NCBI GenBank assembly: GCA_963668625.2
Contig: CAXXKA010000005.1
Span: forward strand, 128,001-192,000
Length of the DNA: 64,000 nt
Reading direction: 5' to 3'
From: an uncultured candidate division Zixibacteria bacterium
GTDB taxonomy: Bacteria; Zixibacteria; MSB-5A5; UBA10806; 4484-95
Shown in pieces: positions 41,822 to 52,142 of this stretch. The position numbers and the translations under genes were made by a program. How positions within the stretch are numbered: the stretch's first letter is position 1; the number at the start of each line of letters is the position of its first letter. The notes beneath the pieces were generated by a model. It saw only the letters and a program-made list of their open reading frames with translations. It was not told the origin of the DNA and did no database searches.

Positions 41822-42788
41822 ATACTTTAGCAAGCTTGAGCATAAGCTCATTCGATGCGAACTCTGCCCGGTAAATTGCAAGATCAAGCCGGGCAAGCAT
41901 GGTATCTGTAAGTTAAGGTTAAACGATGATGGCGAGCTGATAGCGGATGGCTATGGTAAGGTAGTATCTCTATCGATCGATCCGATAGAGAAAAAACCAT
42001 TGTATCATTTCCATCCCGGCAAACCGATATTATCGACCGGTCCCAACGGCTGTAACCTTCGTTGCCCTTTCTGTCAGAACTGGCAGATATCACAGGAGAA
42101 CGTACCGACTCAATACGTAAGTCCCGAACAGCTTGCAGAGTTGGGAGGGCGGCAAAACTCTATCGGTGTGGCGTTCACCTATACCGAGCCGCTAATCTGG
42201 TATGAATACTTATATGATACTGCTCTTTTACTCAGGGAATGCGGCTTGAAAGTCGTCGTGGTCAGTAACGGTTATCTCAATGAGCAACCCGCCCGAGAGC
42301 TGTTCGGAATAGTGGATGCCGCCAATATCGATTTGAAATCAGCCTCGCCGGAATTCTATCGTGATACCTGCCGGGGCAACCGGGATGATGTTTTGAGGAC
42401 TATACGTATCGCGCATGAGATGAATGTAGCGCTTGAGGTCACGAATTTGCTGATAACCGGCGAAAACGACAGCGAGGATGATATAAAAGCGATAGTCGAT
42501 TTAATTGCCGAGATCGACCCGCTAATCCCGTTTCATATTTCGCGCTATTTCCCTAACTATAAATACGATAACGCTCCCACGCCATTGGGCTCGCTCGAAA
42601 GAGCGGTCAATATCGCTCGTGAAAAACTTGCCTATGTATACCCTGGGAATTATATTGATAACTCGGACACACGCTGTCCGCAGTGCGGGCATGTGCTGGT
42701 AAAACGTAATGGTTATCACATCGATCTGCCTCATGGTGAGATCGGGAATTGTCCCGAATGCGGACGAGCTGTTGATATCAAATGGTAA
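41802..42788 (+). CDS. amrS: AmmeMemoRadiSam system radical SAM enzyme
   Basis: CELCPVNC, DPIEKKPLYHFHPG, CNLRCPFCQNW, C-terminal CPxCG. Confidence 0.9.
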   Translation: MRKVQAKYFSKLEHKLIRCELCPVNCKIKPGKHGICKLRLNDDGELIADGYGKVVSLSIDPIEKKPLYHFHPGKPILSTGPNGCNLRCPFCQNWQISQENVPTQYVSPEQLAELGGRQNSIGVAFTYTEPLIWYEYLYDTALLLRECGLKVVVVSNGYLNEQPARELFGIVDAANIDLKSASPEFYRDTCRGNRDDVLRTIRIAHEMNVALEVTNLLITGENDSEDDIKAIVDLIAEIDPLIPFHISRYFPNYKYDNAPTPLGSLERAVNIAREKLAYVYPGNYIDNSDTRCPQCGHVLVKRNGYHIDLPHGEIGNCPECGRAVDIKW

Positions 42789-44005
42789 CGATAGATAGCG
42801 AGGTAACTTTGTCTAATCCCGGAATATCAAAACGCGGCGGTATGCTTCCGCCATCACCTATAAGAAAACTGATTCCATTCGCCGAAAAGGCCAAGAGTAA
42901 AGGCACGCACGTTTATCATCTTAATATAGGCCAGCCCGATATCGAAACCCCGCCGGAATTCTGGAACGCGGTGAACAACTATGCCCAGAAAGTGCTGGCA
43001 TACGGTAACTCGCAAGGAATGGCCGACTATCTCGAAAAGCTCTCGGCATATTATAACCGCTGCAATCTCGACGTTAATCCGGAGGATATTATCGTCACCA
43101 CCGGTGGCTCGGAGGCGATCATCTTCGCCATGACCGCAATCACCGATCCGGGCGAGGAGATAATCGTATTCGAACCGTTTTACACCAACTATAACGGGTT
43201 CGCCATTCAGGCAGGCATAAAGCTGGTACCGCTTACCACTAAAGCCGAGGATGGTTTCCACCTGCCCTCGACCGAGGAGATCGAATCTAAGATCAACTCG
43301 AAAACTCGCGGTATCATGTATTGCAACCCGAATAATCCTACCGGTACGCTTTACTCGAAAGAGGAGATCCATCGTTTACGCGATATAGTTAAAAAACACG
43401 ATCTTTACCTGATGGCCGATGAGGTCTACCGCGAATATATTTACGAGGGTGAATATGTCAGTGTGATGACACTGGATGATATACTCGATCGTGTGATTAT
43501 GCTCGACTCGATAAGCAAAAGGTATTCCGCTTGCGGCGCGCGTATCGGCAACCTGGTCACCAAAAACAAAGATATCTACACGGCCGCTCTTCACATGGGC
43601 CAGGCGAGATTGTGCTCACCGACACTCGAACAGGTAGGCGCCGCCGCCGCTTATGACCTGGGCGAGGAATATTTCAAGAAGATGATCGGCGAATACAAGA
43701 ACCGTCGCGATGTCGTTTATGACGGTTTGATGAAAATCGAGGGTACGATTTGCCTTAAGCCCAGCGGTGCGTTTTACATTATGGCCAAACTACCGATCGA
43801 CTCCGCCGAGGATTTCGCGAAATTCATGCTGACCGATTTCAGCTATCACGGCAAAACCGTGATGATCGCTCCCGGACCCGGATTCTACGCCTCCGAGAAC
43901 CAGGGGCAAAGCGAATGCCGTATCGCTTACGTGCTCAATACCAACGACCTCGAAGACGCGATGAGCATACTGAAGCTCGGGGTAGAGGCTTATAATTCCA
44001 GATGA
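42782..44005 (+). CDS. PLP-dependent class I aminotransferase
   Basis: NIGQPD, NPNNPTG, DEVYRE, SISKRYSACGARIG motifs. Confidence 0.92.
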   Translation: MVTIDSEVTLSNPGISKRGGMLPPSPIRKLIPFAEKAKSKGTHVYHLNIGQPDIETPPEFWNAVNNYAQKVLAYGNSQGMADYLEKLSAYYNRCNLDVNPEDIIVTTGGSEAIIFAMTAITDPGEEIIVFEPFYTNYNGFAIQAGIKLVPLTTKAEDGFHLPSTEEIESKINSKTRGIMYCNPNNPTGTLYSKEEIHRLRDIVKKHDLYLMADEVYREYIYEGEYVSVMTLDDILDRVIMLDSISKRYSACGARIGNLVTKNKDIYTAALHMGQARLCSPTLEQVGAAAAYDLGEEYFKKMIGEYKNRRDVVYDGLMKIEGTICLKPSGAFYIMAKLPIDSAEDFAKFMLTDFSYHGKTVMIAPGPGFYASENQGQSECRIAYVLNTNDLEDAMSILKLGVEAYNSR

Positions 44006-44964
44006 TAGTCAGGCTTGGAATAGATCTTGGTGGTACTTTCATCAAGGCAGGGATAATCGATAAACGGGCGAAAATACTCGCCTCGTTAAAATATCCTACC
44101 GACGCCGAAAAAGGCGCGGATACCGTAGTTAAAAACCTCAATATAGTATACGGGAAGTTATTGGATATATGCCGTAAGGCTAAACACGAACCGGCCTCAA
44201 TAGGTATAGGCAGCCCCGGCACTATTCATCAACCCGATGGCAAAGTTACCGATGCTACCCCGAATATAAAAGGCTGGAGAGGATTAACGTTAACAAGAGT
44301 GTTCGGCAAAACAGCTATTCCCGTATATGCAGATAACGACGCCAACGTAGTCGCCCTGGCCGAGTACCTGGTCGACTTTCAAGCGAAGTATCGGGATATG
44401 ATTTTTATCACGGTAGGTACGGGCATTGGCGGAGGTTTAATCATCGATGGCAAACTTCACCGGGGCAGTACTTTCGCCGCCGCCGAAATCGGGCATATGT
44501 CTATCAGCAAAAACGGCAGGCTATGCAAATGCGGTCTGCGGGGATGTCTGGAAACTTACGCCAGCGTACCTAATATGATGAAACGCGCTAAGTACTGGGC
44601 CTCGAAACTTGGCGATAAAATAGATCAGGATATTACGCCTCACGAATTATTTTCACAGTATAAAAAAGGAAAAAGATTCGCTAAAATGACGATAGAAGAG
44701 AATGCAGGTTATCTCGGAGTGGGCATAGGCTCGCTGGTTAATGTACTCAATCCGGAGATAGTTGTCATTGGTGGAGGATTTTCAGGAACGGGAAGCGAAT
44801 ATATAAGGTTAATAAGTAAAGCAATTGAACAACATGCGTTTAAAGCCGCAACATCACGGTTGAAAGTTGTAAAAGCCAGGATGGGCAACAATGCCGGGTT
44901 CGTTGGCGCGGCTTTATTAGGGGTAATCGGTAATGATGGAGAAATCGAAAGAAAAAGACGATAA
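44002..44964 (+). CDS. ROK family sugar kinase
   Basis: GIDLGGT, NDAN, GTGIGGG, EIGH, CKCGLRGCLE motifs. Confidence 0.92.
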   Translation: MIVRLGIDLGGTFIKAGIIDKRAKILASLKYPTDAEKGADTVVKNLNIVYGKLLDICRKAKHEPASIGIGSPGTIHQPDGKVTDATPNIKGWRGLTLTRVFGKTAIPVYADNDANVVALAEYLVDFQAKYRDMIFITVGTGIGGGLIIDGKLHRGSTFAAAEIGHMSISKNGRLCKCGLRGCLETYASVPNMMKRAKYWASKLGDKIDQDITPHELFSQYKKGKRFAKMTIEENAGYLGVGIGSLVNVLNPEIVVIGGGFSGTGSEYIRLISKAIEQHAFKAATSRLKVVKARMGNNAGFVGAALLGVIGNDGEIERKRR

Positions 44965-45142
44965 ATCCCGTGAAAAACGACAATTCGTGGGAGTTATTTT
45001 TAAATGCTGTAATATATATAACCGAATATATATTAATAAGGATAAAACAAAATTTGTCGGCTGGTGCCCTAAATGTGGGGCTAAGATGGAGATATTTATC
45101 TCTCCTGGCGGTACGAAGTCCAGTTTTTTCGTAACCGATTGA
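44933..45142 (+). CDS. Small putative Zn-binding protein
   Basis: FKCCNIY...GWCPKCG...PGGT..FF; four Cys. Confidence 0.65.
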   Translation: MMEKSKEKDDKSREKRQFVGVIFKCCNIYNRIYINKDKTKFVGWCPKCGAKMEIFISPGGTKSSFFVTD

Positions 45143-45307
45143 TAATTTTGTTGATTTATATTATCGATAAAGATAAGATAATGACCAGAAGTCATGGAAA
45201 TAGTATTTCGGCGGGCGTATGCAACGATGATAACATAGCATCCAGCCTGAGATTACTTATCCGAAATACCGCTCAGAACAGGTCTTCTTGGAGGGGGACA
45301 GTCTGAT

Positions 45308-45853
45308 ATGAACGAGAAGTTATATGTAGTTCCGCTTGATGAGGGAACAAGAAAATATGCAGGTTGGCTGTTGAACGAACTTTGCCGGAGATTTACTCTA
45401 AAAGCTCAGTCCGGAATCGTCTCTCGTCTACCCGATGAGGCATTCAACGCCAACCAAAACCAGTACTACGCTACCCCGATACTCAGTAAGCTGGAGCTGT
45501 TGAAGGGTACGGAATACGAGATGATACTGGCGACAACAGAGGAGGATCTTTACATACCCTCGAAAAATTTCGTGATGGGGCAAGCCAACAAGGCCAGTAG
45601 AACATCGATTATTAGTACTTTCAGAATTAAACCCGAATTCTACGGATTACCAGAGAATGAGGAGCTTTTAAAGTCGCGAATTCTCAACATTGCCAGCCAT
45701 GAGGTGGGACACATGTTGGGGCTTCGTAATTGCCGGAATGAGGATTGCCAGATGTTCCCGGTTGACACGGTTGCCGACCTGGACAACAGGCCGGAGACAT
45801 TCTGTGCCGAATGTGTGCTTAATTTAACGATACCTACAAAAGTAAAGATTTAG
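45308..45853 (+). CDS. Archaemetzincin family (M54) protein with variant Zn motif
   Basis: QYYA, DLY...NFVMG, HEVGHMLGLRNC...CQM...FCAEC. Confidence 0.85.
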   Translation: MNEKLYVVPLDEGTRKYAGWLLNELCRRFTLKAQSGIVSRLPDEAFNANQNQYYATPILSKLELLKGTEYEMILATTEEDLYIPSKNFVMGQANKASRTSIISTFRIKPEFYGLPENEELLKSRILNIASHEVGHMLGLRNCRNEDCQMFPVDTVADLDNRPETFCAECVLNLTIPTKVKI

Positions 45854-46041
45854 ACGCCAGATTTCGTGTTTTTGGTCATTTACTGATAAGCCGCTATAAA
45901 TGCGGCCATGTAAATTTGATGTTTTAACGAAAAACCGATTAAACTGGTTTTAGTTTTATAAAATTCGTGCACTTGTACGGTCTATTTTTTTCTTGCGCGA
46001 GGTAGCGCTATGTACTATACAAGAAAGCGAGAGGGAGCAGA

Positions 46042-49000
46042 ATGAATTACCTTGGAATAGATATAGGTTCTATCTCAATAAGTATTGCAGGTATAGACGA
46101 GAACAAAGAGATAATATTCACTGAATATATTCGTCATCAGGGTGCGCCTGAAACCGCGCTGAAAAAATATATCTCAAATAATGATTTATCGAAATACGAC
46201 TATGCCGGTTTTACCGGAACGGGCGGTAAACTTCCTGCCGGGCTTTTCGAGGCTCAATATATCAACGAGATACTTGCAACCGCCGCCGCATTGATGCAAT
46301 ATAGCCCGGAAACCAAATCGGCAATAGAGATGGGCGGACAGGGTTCCAAATACTACCTGGTCGAGGATGATACGTTGATTGATTTTGCCACCAGCGGATT
46401 ATGCGCAGCCGGCACGGGTTCGTTTCTCGATCAGCAGGCAGGCAGGCTGAAAGTATCGATCACCGAGCAGTTCGGCAAGTTGGCCCTACAATCGGAAAAC
46501 CCGCCGCATATCGCCGGTAGATGCAGCGTATTCGCCAAGTCCGATATGATCCATCACCAACAAATAGGCACATCCGATTACGATATCATTGCAGGATTAT
46601 GCTACGCCGTAACCCGCAACTATAAAGGCACCATTCTGGAAAAACGCGCGATTCGCAAACCGGTGGCGTTTATCGGTGGTGTCTCACTTAACGAGGGCGT
46701 CATTAAATCATTCAAAGATGAACTCAATCTGTCAGGTGATGAGTTGATCGTGCCCGAAAATTGCCTTCACTTTGCCGCCCTGGGGGCTGCATTGAAAGTC
46801 ATGGAAAACCGCGAACAGGCAACCAAACCATCATTTAAAATAGAGGTTCTAGATCGTAAGATAACGTTAAAGAGAAGCGCCGAACCACTGGTATTTAAAG
46901 ATGCGGAATCGAAATATTACGATACGACCTCGAAACCCTCGCGTATAACCTCCACGGTTGGCTATCTCGGGGTTGATATCGGCTCGCTTTCGACCAACCT
47001 GGTCGTTATCGATCCGGCCGGTCAGGTTATGGCCCGTCGCTATTTAATGACCGAGGGACGGCCTATCAAAACAGTCCAACGAGGCTTGAAAGAGATAGCG
47101 GGCGAGCTTGATGGTAAGGTTAATATTACCGGCGTAGGTACCACCGGTTCGGGACGATACCTGATAGGCGATATACTGGGAGCGGATATCGTAAGAAACG
47201 AGATAACCGCCCAGGCGAAAGCAGCGGTGTTTTTCGATCCGACTGTCGATACGATATTCGAGATCGGCGGCCAGGACTCGAAATATATCAGCCTCAAAAA
47301 CGGTACTGTCGTCGATTTCGAGATGAACAAAGCCTGTGCCGCAGGAACCGGATCATTTCTACAGGAGCAAGCCGAACGCCTCGACATCTCGATCAAAGAT
47401 CAGTTCGGTAACATGGCTCTGCACTCGCAATGTCCGGTTGGCTGCGGTGAACGTTGTACCGTATTCATCGAATCGGATATTATCAGCCAGCAACAAAAAG
47501 GCGCGCCGCGAGAGGATCTGGTGGCCGGGCTGGCGTATTCTATCGTTTATAATTATTTGAATAAAGTCGTCTGCAGCAGGAAAATCGGCGACCATATTTT
47601 CTTCCAGGGCGGCGTAGCCTGGAATAAGGGGGTAGTTGCCGCATTCGAAAAAGTTACCGGCAAGAAAATAACGGTACCGCCCCATCACGATGTCACCGGG
47701 GCTATCGGCGCGGCTCTTCTGGCTATGGAGTCGGTCGATGAGAGCTGCAAGTTCAAAGGCTTCGGCGTCGCCGATATTCAATTCAAGCAGGATAGTTTTG
47801 TCTGCGAGGATTGCGCTAATGTCTGCACGGTGAGAAAAATCACCAGTGATGACGGCCGGGAATTGTTCTATGGTTCAAGATGCGAGAAATACGATGCCGA
47901 GAAAGATGTCAACTCCAAGCAGGCGGAAAACAATCCGATTGCCTGGCGCAACCGCTTGATGTTTTCTTACGGCAAGAAGAAAATAGAAAAGCCAAAAGCC
48001 GTTATCGGATTACCCCGGTTATTAAGCAACTGGGCGTTCTGGCCGTTATGGTCAACGTTCTTCAATGAACTGGGCTACAAAGTAATCGGTTCTGCGCCTA
48101 CGAATAATACCATCATCAGGCAAGGCATGCAGATAGTAGGTTCAGAATCGTGTTTCCCGGTTAAGGTGGCACACGGTCATATAATGAACCTTTTGGAGCG
48201 TGACGCCGACTTCATATTCCTGCCCTCGATGATTAACACAGAGTCATTGCCCGAGGAAAGCCATCAAAACTATTTCTGCCCCTATGTACAGGCAATTCCT
48301 TACCTCGTGAAAAGCGTTTTGAACGAACAGCTTACCGAGGACAATTTCCTTTCACCGACTATATACTTGGGTTACGGCAAAGATCTGGCCAACAGGCAAA
48401 TTGCGGATTTCGCCAAGAAATTAGGCGTATCCAAAAAGAAAGCGATAGAGGCGTTTGACAAAGCCCGGGCGGCGCAAAAAGATTTCGAGACGAAGATTCG
48501 TGAAAAAGGCAGGGAAAGCCTCGAAAACGCCGAGGGTATAAAGCTGGTGCTGGTTGGCAGACCATACAACACTTGCGATCCCGGCTTGAATTTGGAACTT
48601 CCGAAAAAACTGGCGGCTATGGGCGCAACGGCGATATCGCCGGATATGGCGCCTGTCGATGATATACCTATCAATGATGTTTACTGGCATTATGGCAAAG
48701 CCATTCTTCGCATAGCGGATTATATCAACAAGCACAATGATACTTACGCGGTGTATATCACCAATTTCGGCTGCGGCCCGGACTCTTTTATCAGCCATGA
48801 TTTCTACCATAAGATGGCGGGGAAACCATACCTTACGCTGGAGATGGATGAGCATTCGGCGGATGCCGGGCTAATCACGCGGGCCGAGGCGTTTATCGAT
48901 AGTATCAACTCCTCGAAAGATATCAAACAGAAAGCCGCCGAGGCGCCGGTGACATCTAAGCCTCGCAAAGGTAATCGCAAAATATACATTCCGCCGATGT

Positions 49001-50163
49001 GCGATCTGGCTCAGGTTTTGGCGGCCGCGATGCGCAATAGTGGTGTGGATGCCGAGGCAATGCCGGAATCGGATGAGAAGACAGTCGAGATTGGACGGAA
49101 ATACACTAACGGCAAGGAATGTTACCCGGCCGTACTTACCACCGGTGATCTTCTGAAACTGATTCAAACTCCCGGATTCGATCACAGTAAGGCGGCGTTT
49201 TTCATGCCTTCAGCCGGCGGCCCGTGTCGTTTCGGGCAGTATCATCGCCTGCACAAGAGAGTGCTGGGTAAACTTGGTTACGATGATGTGCCGGTATACT
49301 CGCCCAACTCGAATGACTCCTACGAGGGATTCCCGGGAACATCGAAACAATTCCGCAAACTGGCGTTTCGCGGTTTCATTTTCGGTGATTCCCTGTTCAA
49401 GCTTTATATGGCATCAAGGTCGCGCACCGATGATCTGGCTAAAGCTAAAAGCGTGTTCGAGAAATTCATGCAGGCCGGATGTCAGGATATCGAGGCGGGC
49501 GGCGCAAACCTCCGTGATATTCTTCAGGAATGCGGCAAAGAGTTCCAGTCAATCGAAACCGGTGTGGAACCGCGCGTAAAAATCGGAGTCGTGGGCGAGA
49601 TATATGTCAGAAACAACAGATTCGCCAATAACGACCTGGTCGCAAAACTCGAAAGGGCAGGCGCAGAGGTATTTTTAGCCTCATTCTCCGAGTGGATTAA
49701 CTACACGACGTTCATGTACAAAATGCATAGCAAAATGCGGCGCAAGTACGTCGATATGATTAAAGGCCAGATTCAAGACACTATTCAACATCGGGAAGAG
49801 CGCAAAATAACCGAACCGATTCATGGTATGTTAAATGGTAATTCCGAAAAACCAGTCGGTGATATCCTTCAAAAAGCGTTACCATATCTCAATCGTTCGG
49901 TTGGCGGCGAAGCGATACTATCTATAGGCAAAGCCATCGATTTCGTCGAATCCGGATGCGGTGGCGTCGTAAATTGTATGCCGTTTACCTGCATGCCGGG
50001 AAATGTAGTACAGGCCATTTCAACCAGGGTAAAGGGAGATTTAGGTGATGTCCCCTGGCTCAATATTGCTTATGAGGGCCCCGGCGATCCCACTGAGGAT
50101 CTTAAGATAGAGGCGTTTGTGGATCAGGCCGAACAGTGGTTTAAAAAACGTAAAAAACGCTGA
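46042..50163 (+). CDS. Fused CoA-activase/reductase (2x BcrAD_BadFG + DUF2229/HGD-like), PlsAR/Ger-like
   Basis: Two GxDIGS...GGQxSK...CAAGTGSF...CS/TVF modules, CEDCANVC, CFPVK, NFGCGPDS, ECYPA, GPCRFGQY, PFTCMP. Confidence 0.85.
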   Translation: MNYLGIDIGSISISIAGIDENKEIIFTEYIRHQGAPETALKKYISNNDLSKYDYAGFTGTGGKLPAGLFEAQYINEILATAAALMQYSPETKSAIEMGGQGSKYYLVEDDTLIDFATSGLCAAGTGSFLDQQAGRLKVSITEQFGKLALQSENPPHIAGRCSVFAKSDMIHHQQIGTSDYDIIAGLCYAVTRNYKGTILEKRAIRKPVAFIGGVSLNEGVIKSFKDELNLSGDELIVPENCLHFAALGAALKVMENREQATKPSFKIEVLDRKITLKRSAEPLVFKDAESKYYDTTSKPSRITSTVGYLGVDIGSLSTNLVVIDPAGQVMARRYLMTEGRPIKTVQRGLKEIAGELDGKVNITGVGTTGSGRYLIGDILGADIVRNEITAQAKAAVFFDPTVDTIFEIGGQDSKYISLKNGTVVDFEMNKACAAGTGSFLQEQAERLDISIKDQFGNMALHSQCPVGCGERCTVFIESDIISQQQKGAPREDLVAGLAYSIVYNYLNKVVCSRKIGDHIFFQGGVAWNKGVVAAFEKVTGKKITVPPHHDVTGAIGAALLAMESVDESCKFKGFGVADIQFKQDSFVCEDCANVCTVRKITSDDGRELFYGSRCEKYDAEKDVNSKQAENNPIAWRNRLMFSYGKKKIEKPKAVIGLPRLLSNWAFWPLWSTFFNELGYKVIGSAPTNNTIIRQGMQIVGSESCFPVKVAHGHIMNLLERDADFIFLPSMINTESLPEESHQNYFCPYVQAIPYLVKSVLNEQLTEDNFLSPTIYLGYGKDLANRQIADFAKKLGVSKKKAIEAFDKARAAQKDFETKIREKGRESLENAEGIKLVLVGRPYNTCDPGLNLELPKKLAAMGATAISPDMAPVDDIPINDVYWHYGKAILRIADYINKHNDTYAVYITNFGCGPDSFISHDFYHKMAGKPYLTLEMDEHSADAGLITRAEAFIDSINSSKDIKQKAAEAPVTSKPRKGNRKIYIPPMCDLAQVLAAAMRNSGVDAEAMPESDEKTVEIGRKYTNGKECYPAVLTTGDLLKLIQTPGFDHSKAAFFMPSAGGPCRFGQYHRLHKRVLGKLGYDDVPVYSPNSNDSYEGFPGTSKQFRKLAFRGFIFGDSLFKLYMASRSRTDDLAKAKSVFEKFMQAGCQDIEAGGANLRDILQECGKEFQSIETGVEPRVKIGVVGEIYVRNNRFANNDLVAKLERAGAEVFLASFSEWINYTTFMYKMHSKMRRKYVDMIKGQIQDTIQHREERKITEPIHGMLNGNSEKPVGDILQKALPYLNRSVGGEAILSIGKAIDFVESGCGGVVNCMPFTCMPGNVVQAISTRVKGDLGDVPWLNIAYEGPGDPTEDLKIEAFVDQAEQWFKKRKKR

Positions 50164-50322
50164 TTTTATCTCATACTATCATATATATAGTCGATTTAAT
50201 TGTTTAGTTATGAAACAGCATGTTATCTGAATACTATACAGTAATATGTAAAGTGATCAATATGTTATACCCCTATAGTACAGTACCGATATAAAGACTG
50301 GATAGCTATATGGGAGAGATAA

Positions 50323-50727
50323 ATGCATCTTGAAAAATCCAGTTTTGGCTATAATCTAATAACCAGTAACGGCGCCAAACAGAATCTTAACACCGATGAT
50401 GCTGAAATATCTAAAAGCCGCTTGGATTATATTTCCGGATTGATGAAACGATTGCGCAATTTGTTTCTATCGGTACTTCCGGTTGATTATTGTTGTATCA
50501 TGCTATATGGGGCAGATGATCAATCCGATCCTTGCGAATCAGGCTCCGACCAGCAAATCGAGACAAAACATCTGGAGTACATGGGGCAGGCTATAGGTCT
50601 GCTAAGGTACAAGGCGCTTGATAATATCAAAGAAGATGATAGGGCGAAAATCGACATGCTGGCCGACCTGTATGGTTATCTGATCTATCATCATTTAATG
50701 ATGTTTGAAGTTACTAATATTGATTAA
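50323..50727 (+). CDS. Hypothetical protein
   Basis: 134-aa ORF with GGGAG SD; no recognisable motif. Confidence 0.55.
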   Translation: MHLEKSSFGYNLITSNGAKQNLNTDDAEISKSRLDYISGLMKRLRNLFLSVLPVDYCCIMLYGADDQSDPCESGSDQQIETKHLEYMGQAIGLLRYKALDNIKEDDRAKIDMLADLYGYLIYHHLMMFEVTNID

Positions 50728-50918
50728 AATAGTTCTCATTTTGAAAATATTTATAAAAGCAATACGTTATGGTCCGACTATCAATAAGCATTAAACTAAC
50801 TTTATAGTAATTCTCCAAAGCTCAACGCAACCGATTATTACAAAAAGGTTTTGCTTGCTCTGAAAAATAATTTCATTATATTGCATTAAACAGTCTTATT
50901 TCAACCGGGGGTTGTCAT

Positions 50919-51392
50919 ATGTTAGTAACTGAGGTTGTCGAAAAAGCAAGAAAATCACTGGAGAAACTTCAAAACGCAATAGAGGATATCGATCCTCAAA
51001 CCATAGCAATGCCGTCTACAATCAGCAAGTGGTCGATCAAGGATGTTTTAAATCATATAACTATCTGGGAGGAGGAGGCCGCCAAAGCTTTCGAAATCTG
51101 GAAAGTTGGTATCGAACCGGATTGGTCTCATATAGCTGAGCTGGATGAATTCAATAACAAAACGGTTGCTGCGCGCAGAAAAATGCCTTTGGCTAAAATC
51201 CGCTCGCAGTTGCCGATGGTACATAACGGGGTACTGGAGAACATCAAGTCCGTTCCGGATGAGGAGTATATCAAGCGCGGCGGTGTTCCCAGATGGCTGA
51301 TTATTTTGATTACCACTCATGTCGATGGTCACACCAAGCGAATTCTCGAGTTCAAAGGTACCAGATATATGGCCGGGAAAGAATCAGCATAA
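50919..51392 (+). CDS. DinB/ClbS-DfsB-like four-helix bundle protein
   Basis: WSIKDVLNHITIWE...HVDGH. Confidence 0.8.
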   Translation: MLVTEVVEKARKSLEKLQNAIEDIDPQTIAMPSTISKWSIKDVLNHITIWEEEAAKAFEIWKVGIEPDWSHIAELDEFNNKTVAARRKMPLAKIRSQLPMVHNGVLENIKSVPDEEYIKRGGVPRWLIILITTHVDGHTKRILEFKGTRYMAGKESA

Positions 51393-51426
51393 TACTAAAC
51401 CGGTAAGCGAAACAAAAAGCACTATA

Positions 51427-52131
51427 TTGGATAAATTCGACAAATACTTACCCGTTATTAAAAAATACGAGCCTGCCTATAAATTTAGCTGGCAAATATC
51501 CACTGAAATTATCGAAAAGCAATTAGAGAATTCTCCTTACTGGCTCGATATCGGCGCGCGTAATAATAATCGTTTGAGAGTACACCCACAGGCAAAGTTT
51601 GCAGTCGGTCTCGATCCCGAAGCCGAGGGAGAGGTGTACACCGATAGAACCAATACGTTTTGCCGGGGATCGGTTTACGAGCTGCCTTTCAAAAGCGGCC
51701 AATTCGATTTCATTACCAGCAGATTCGTGTTCGAGCACCTGGAGCATCCGCGAAAAGCATTGCAACGAATCAGCGAGGCTTTAAAACCAGGCAGTCTGGC
51801 GCTTATAGAAACAACCAATAAAAACAATCCACTGATCGTTATAGCGCGAATCATTCCATTCTCCATAAAAAAGAAAATCATAAAACATTTATTCAAAGAT
51901 AATCCCTCGGGAACCTATAAAACGTTTTACGCATTGAATACGCCGGCTGCCATAAAACATTTTAATTTTAAGGATACCGGCTTGAAGCTCGAAAACTATT
52001 ACATCATAAACGATATCATATGCGAATCAAAAATATTATTTACTTTTTCATTCGGATTATATAAATTGTTAAGACGTTTCGGATTTGAAAATCTTTTTGG
52101 AAATTTAATAATTGTCCTGAGAAAGGTTTAG
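51427..52131 (+). CDS. Class I SAM-dependent methyltransferase
   Basis: WLDIGA, GLD, LPF...FDFI, FEHLEHP, LKPG motifs; start uncertain. Confidence 0.8.
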   Translation: MDKFDKYLPVIKKYEPAYKFSWQISTEIIEKQLENSPYWLDIGARNNNRLRVHPQAKFAVGLDPEAEGEVYTDRTNTFCRGSVYELPFKSGQFDFITSRFVFEHLEHPRKALQRISEALKPGSLALIETTNKNNPLIVIARIIPFSIKKKIIKHLFKDNPSGTYKTFYALNTPAAIKHFNFKDTGLKLENYYIINDIICESKILFTFSFGLYKLLRRFGFENLFGNLIIVLRKV

Positions 52132-52142
52132 ATTAATTATAT

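Noticed and set aside
50266-50292. sigma28-like promoter TATA-N15-ACCGATAT (also GCCGATAA at 3548)
   Set aside because: Weak or missing -35 box and no flagellar context
51319-51426. 74-nt overlap of the methyltransferase with the DinB-like gene
   Set aside because: Probably just an open upstream frame; a later start removes the overlap
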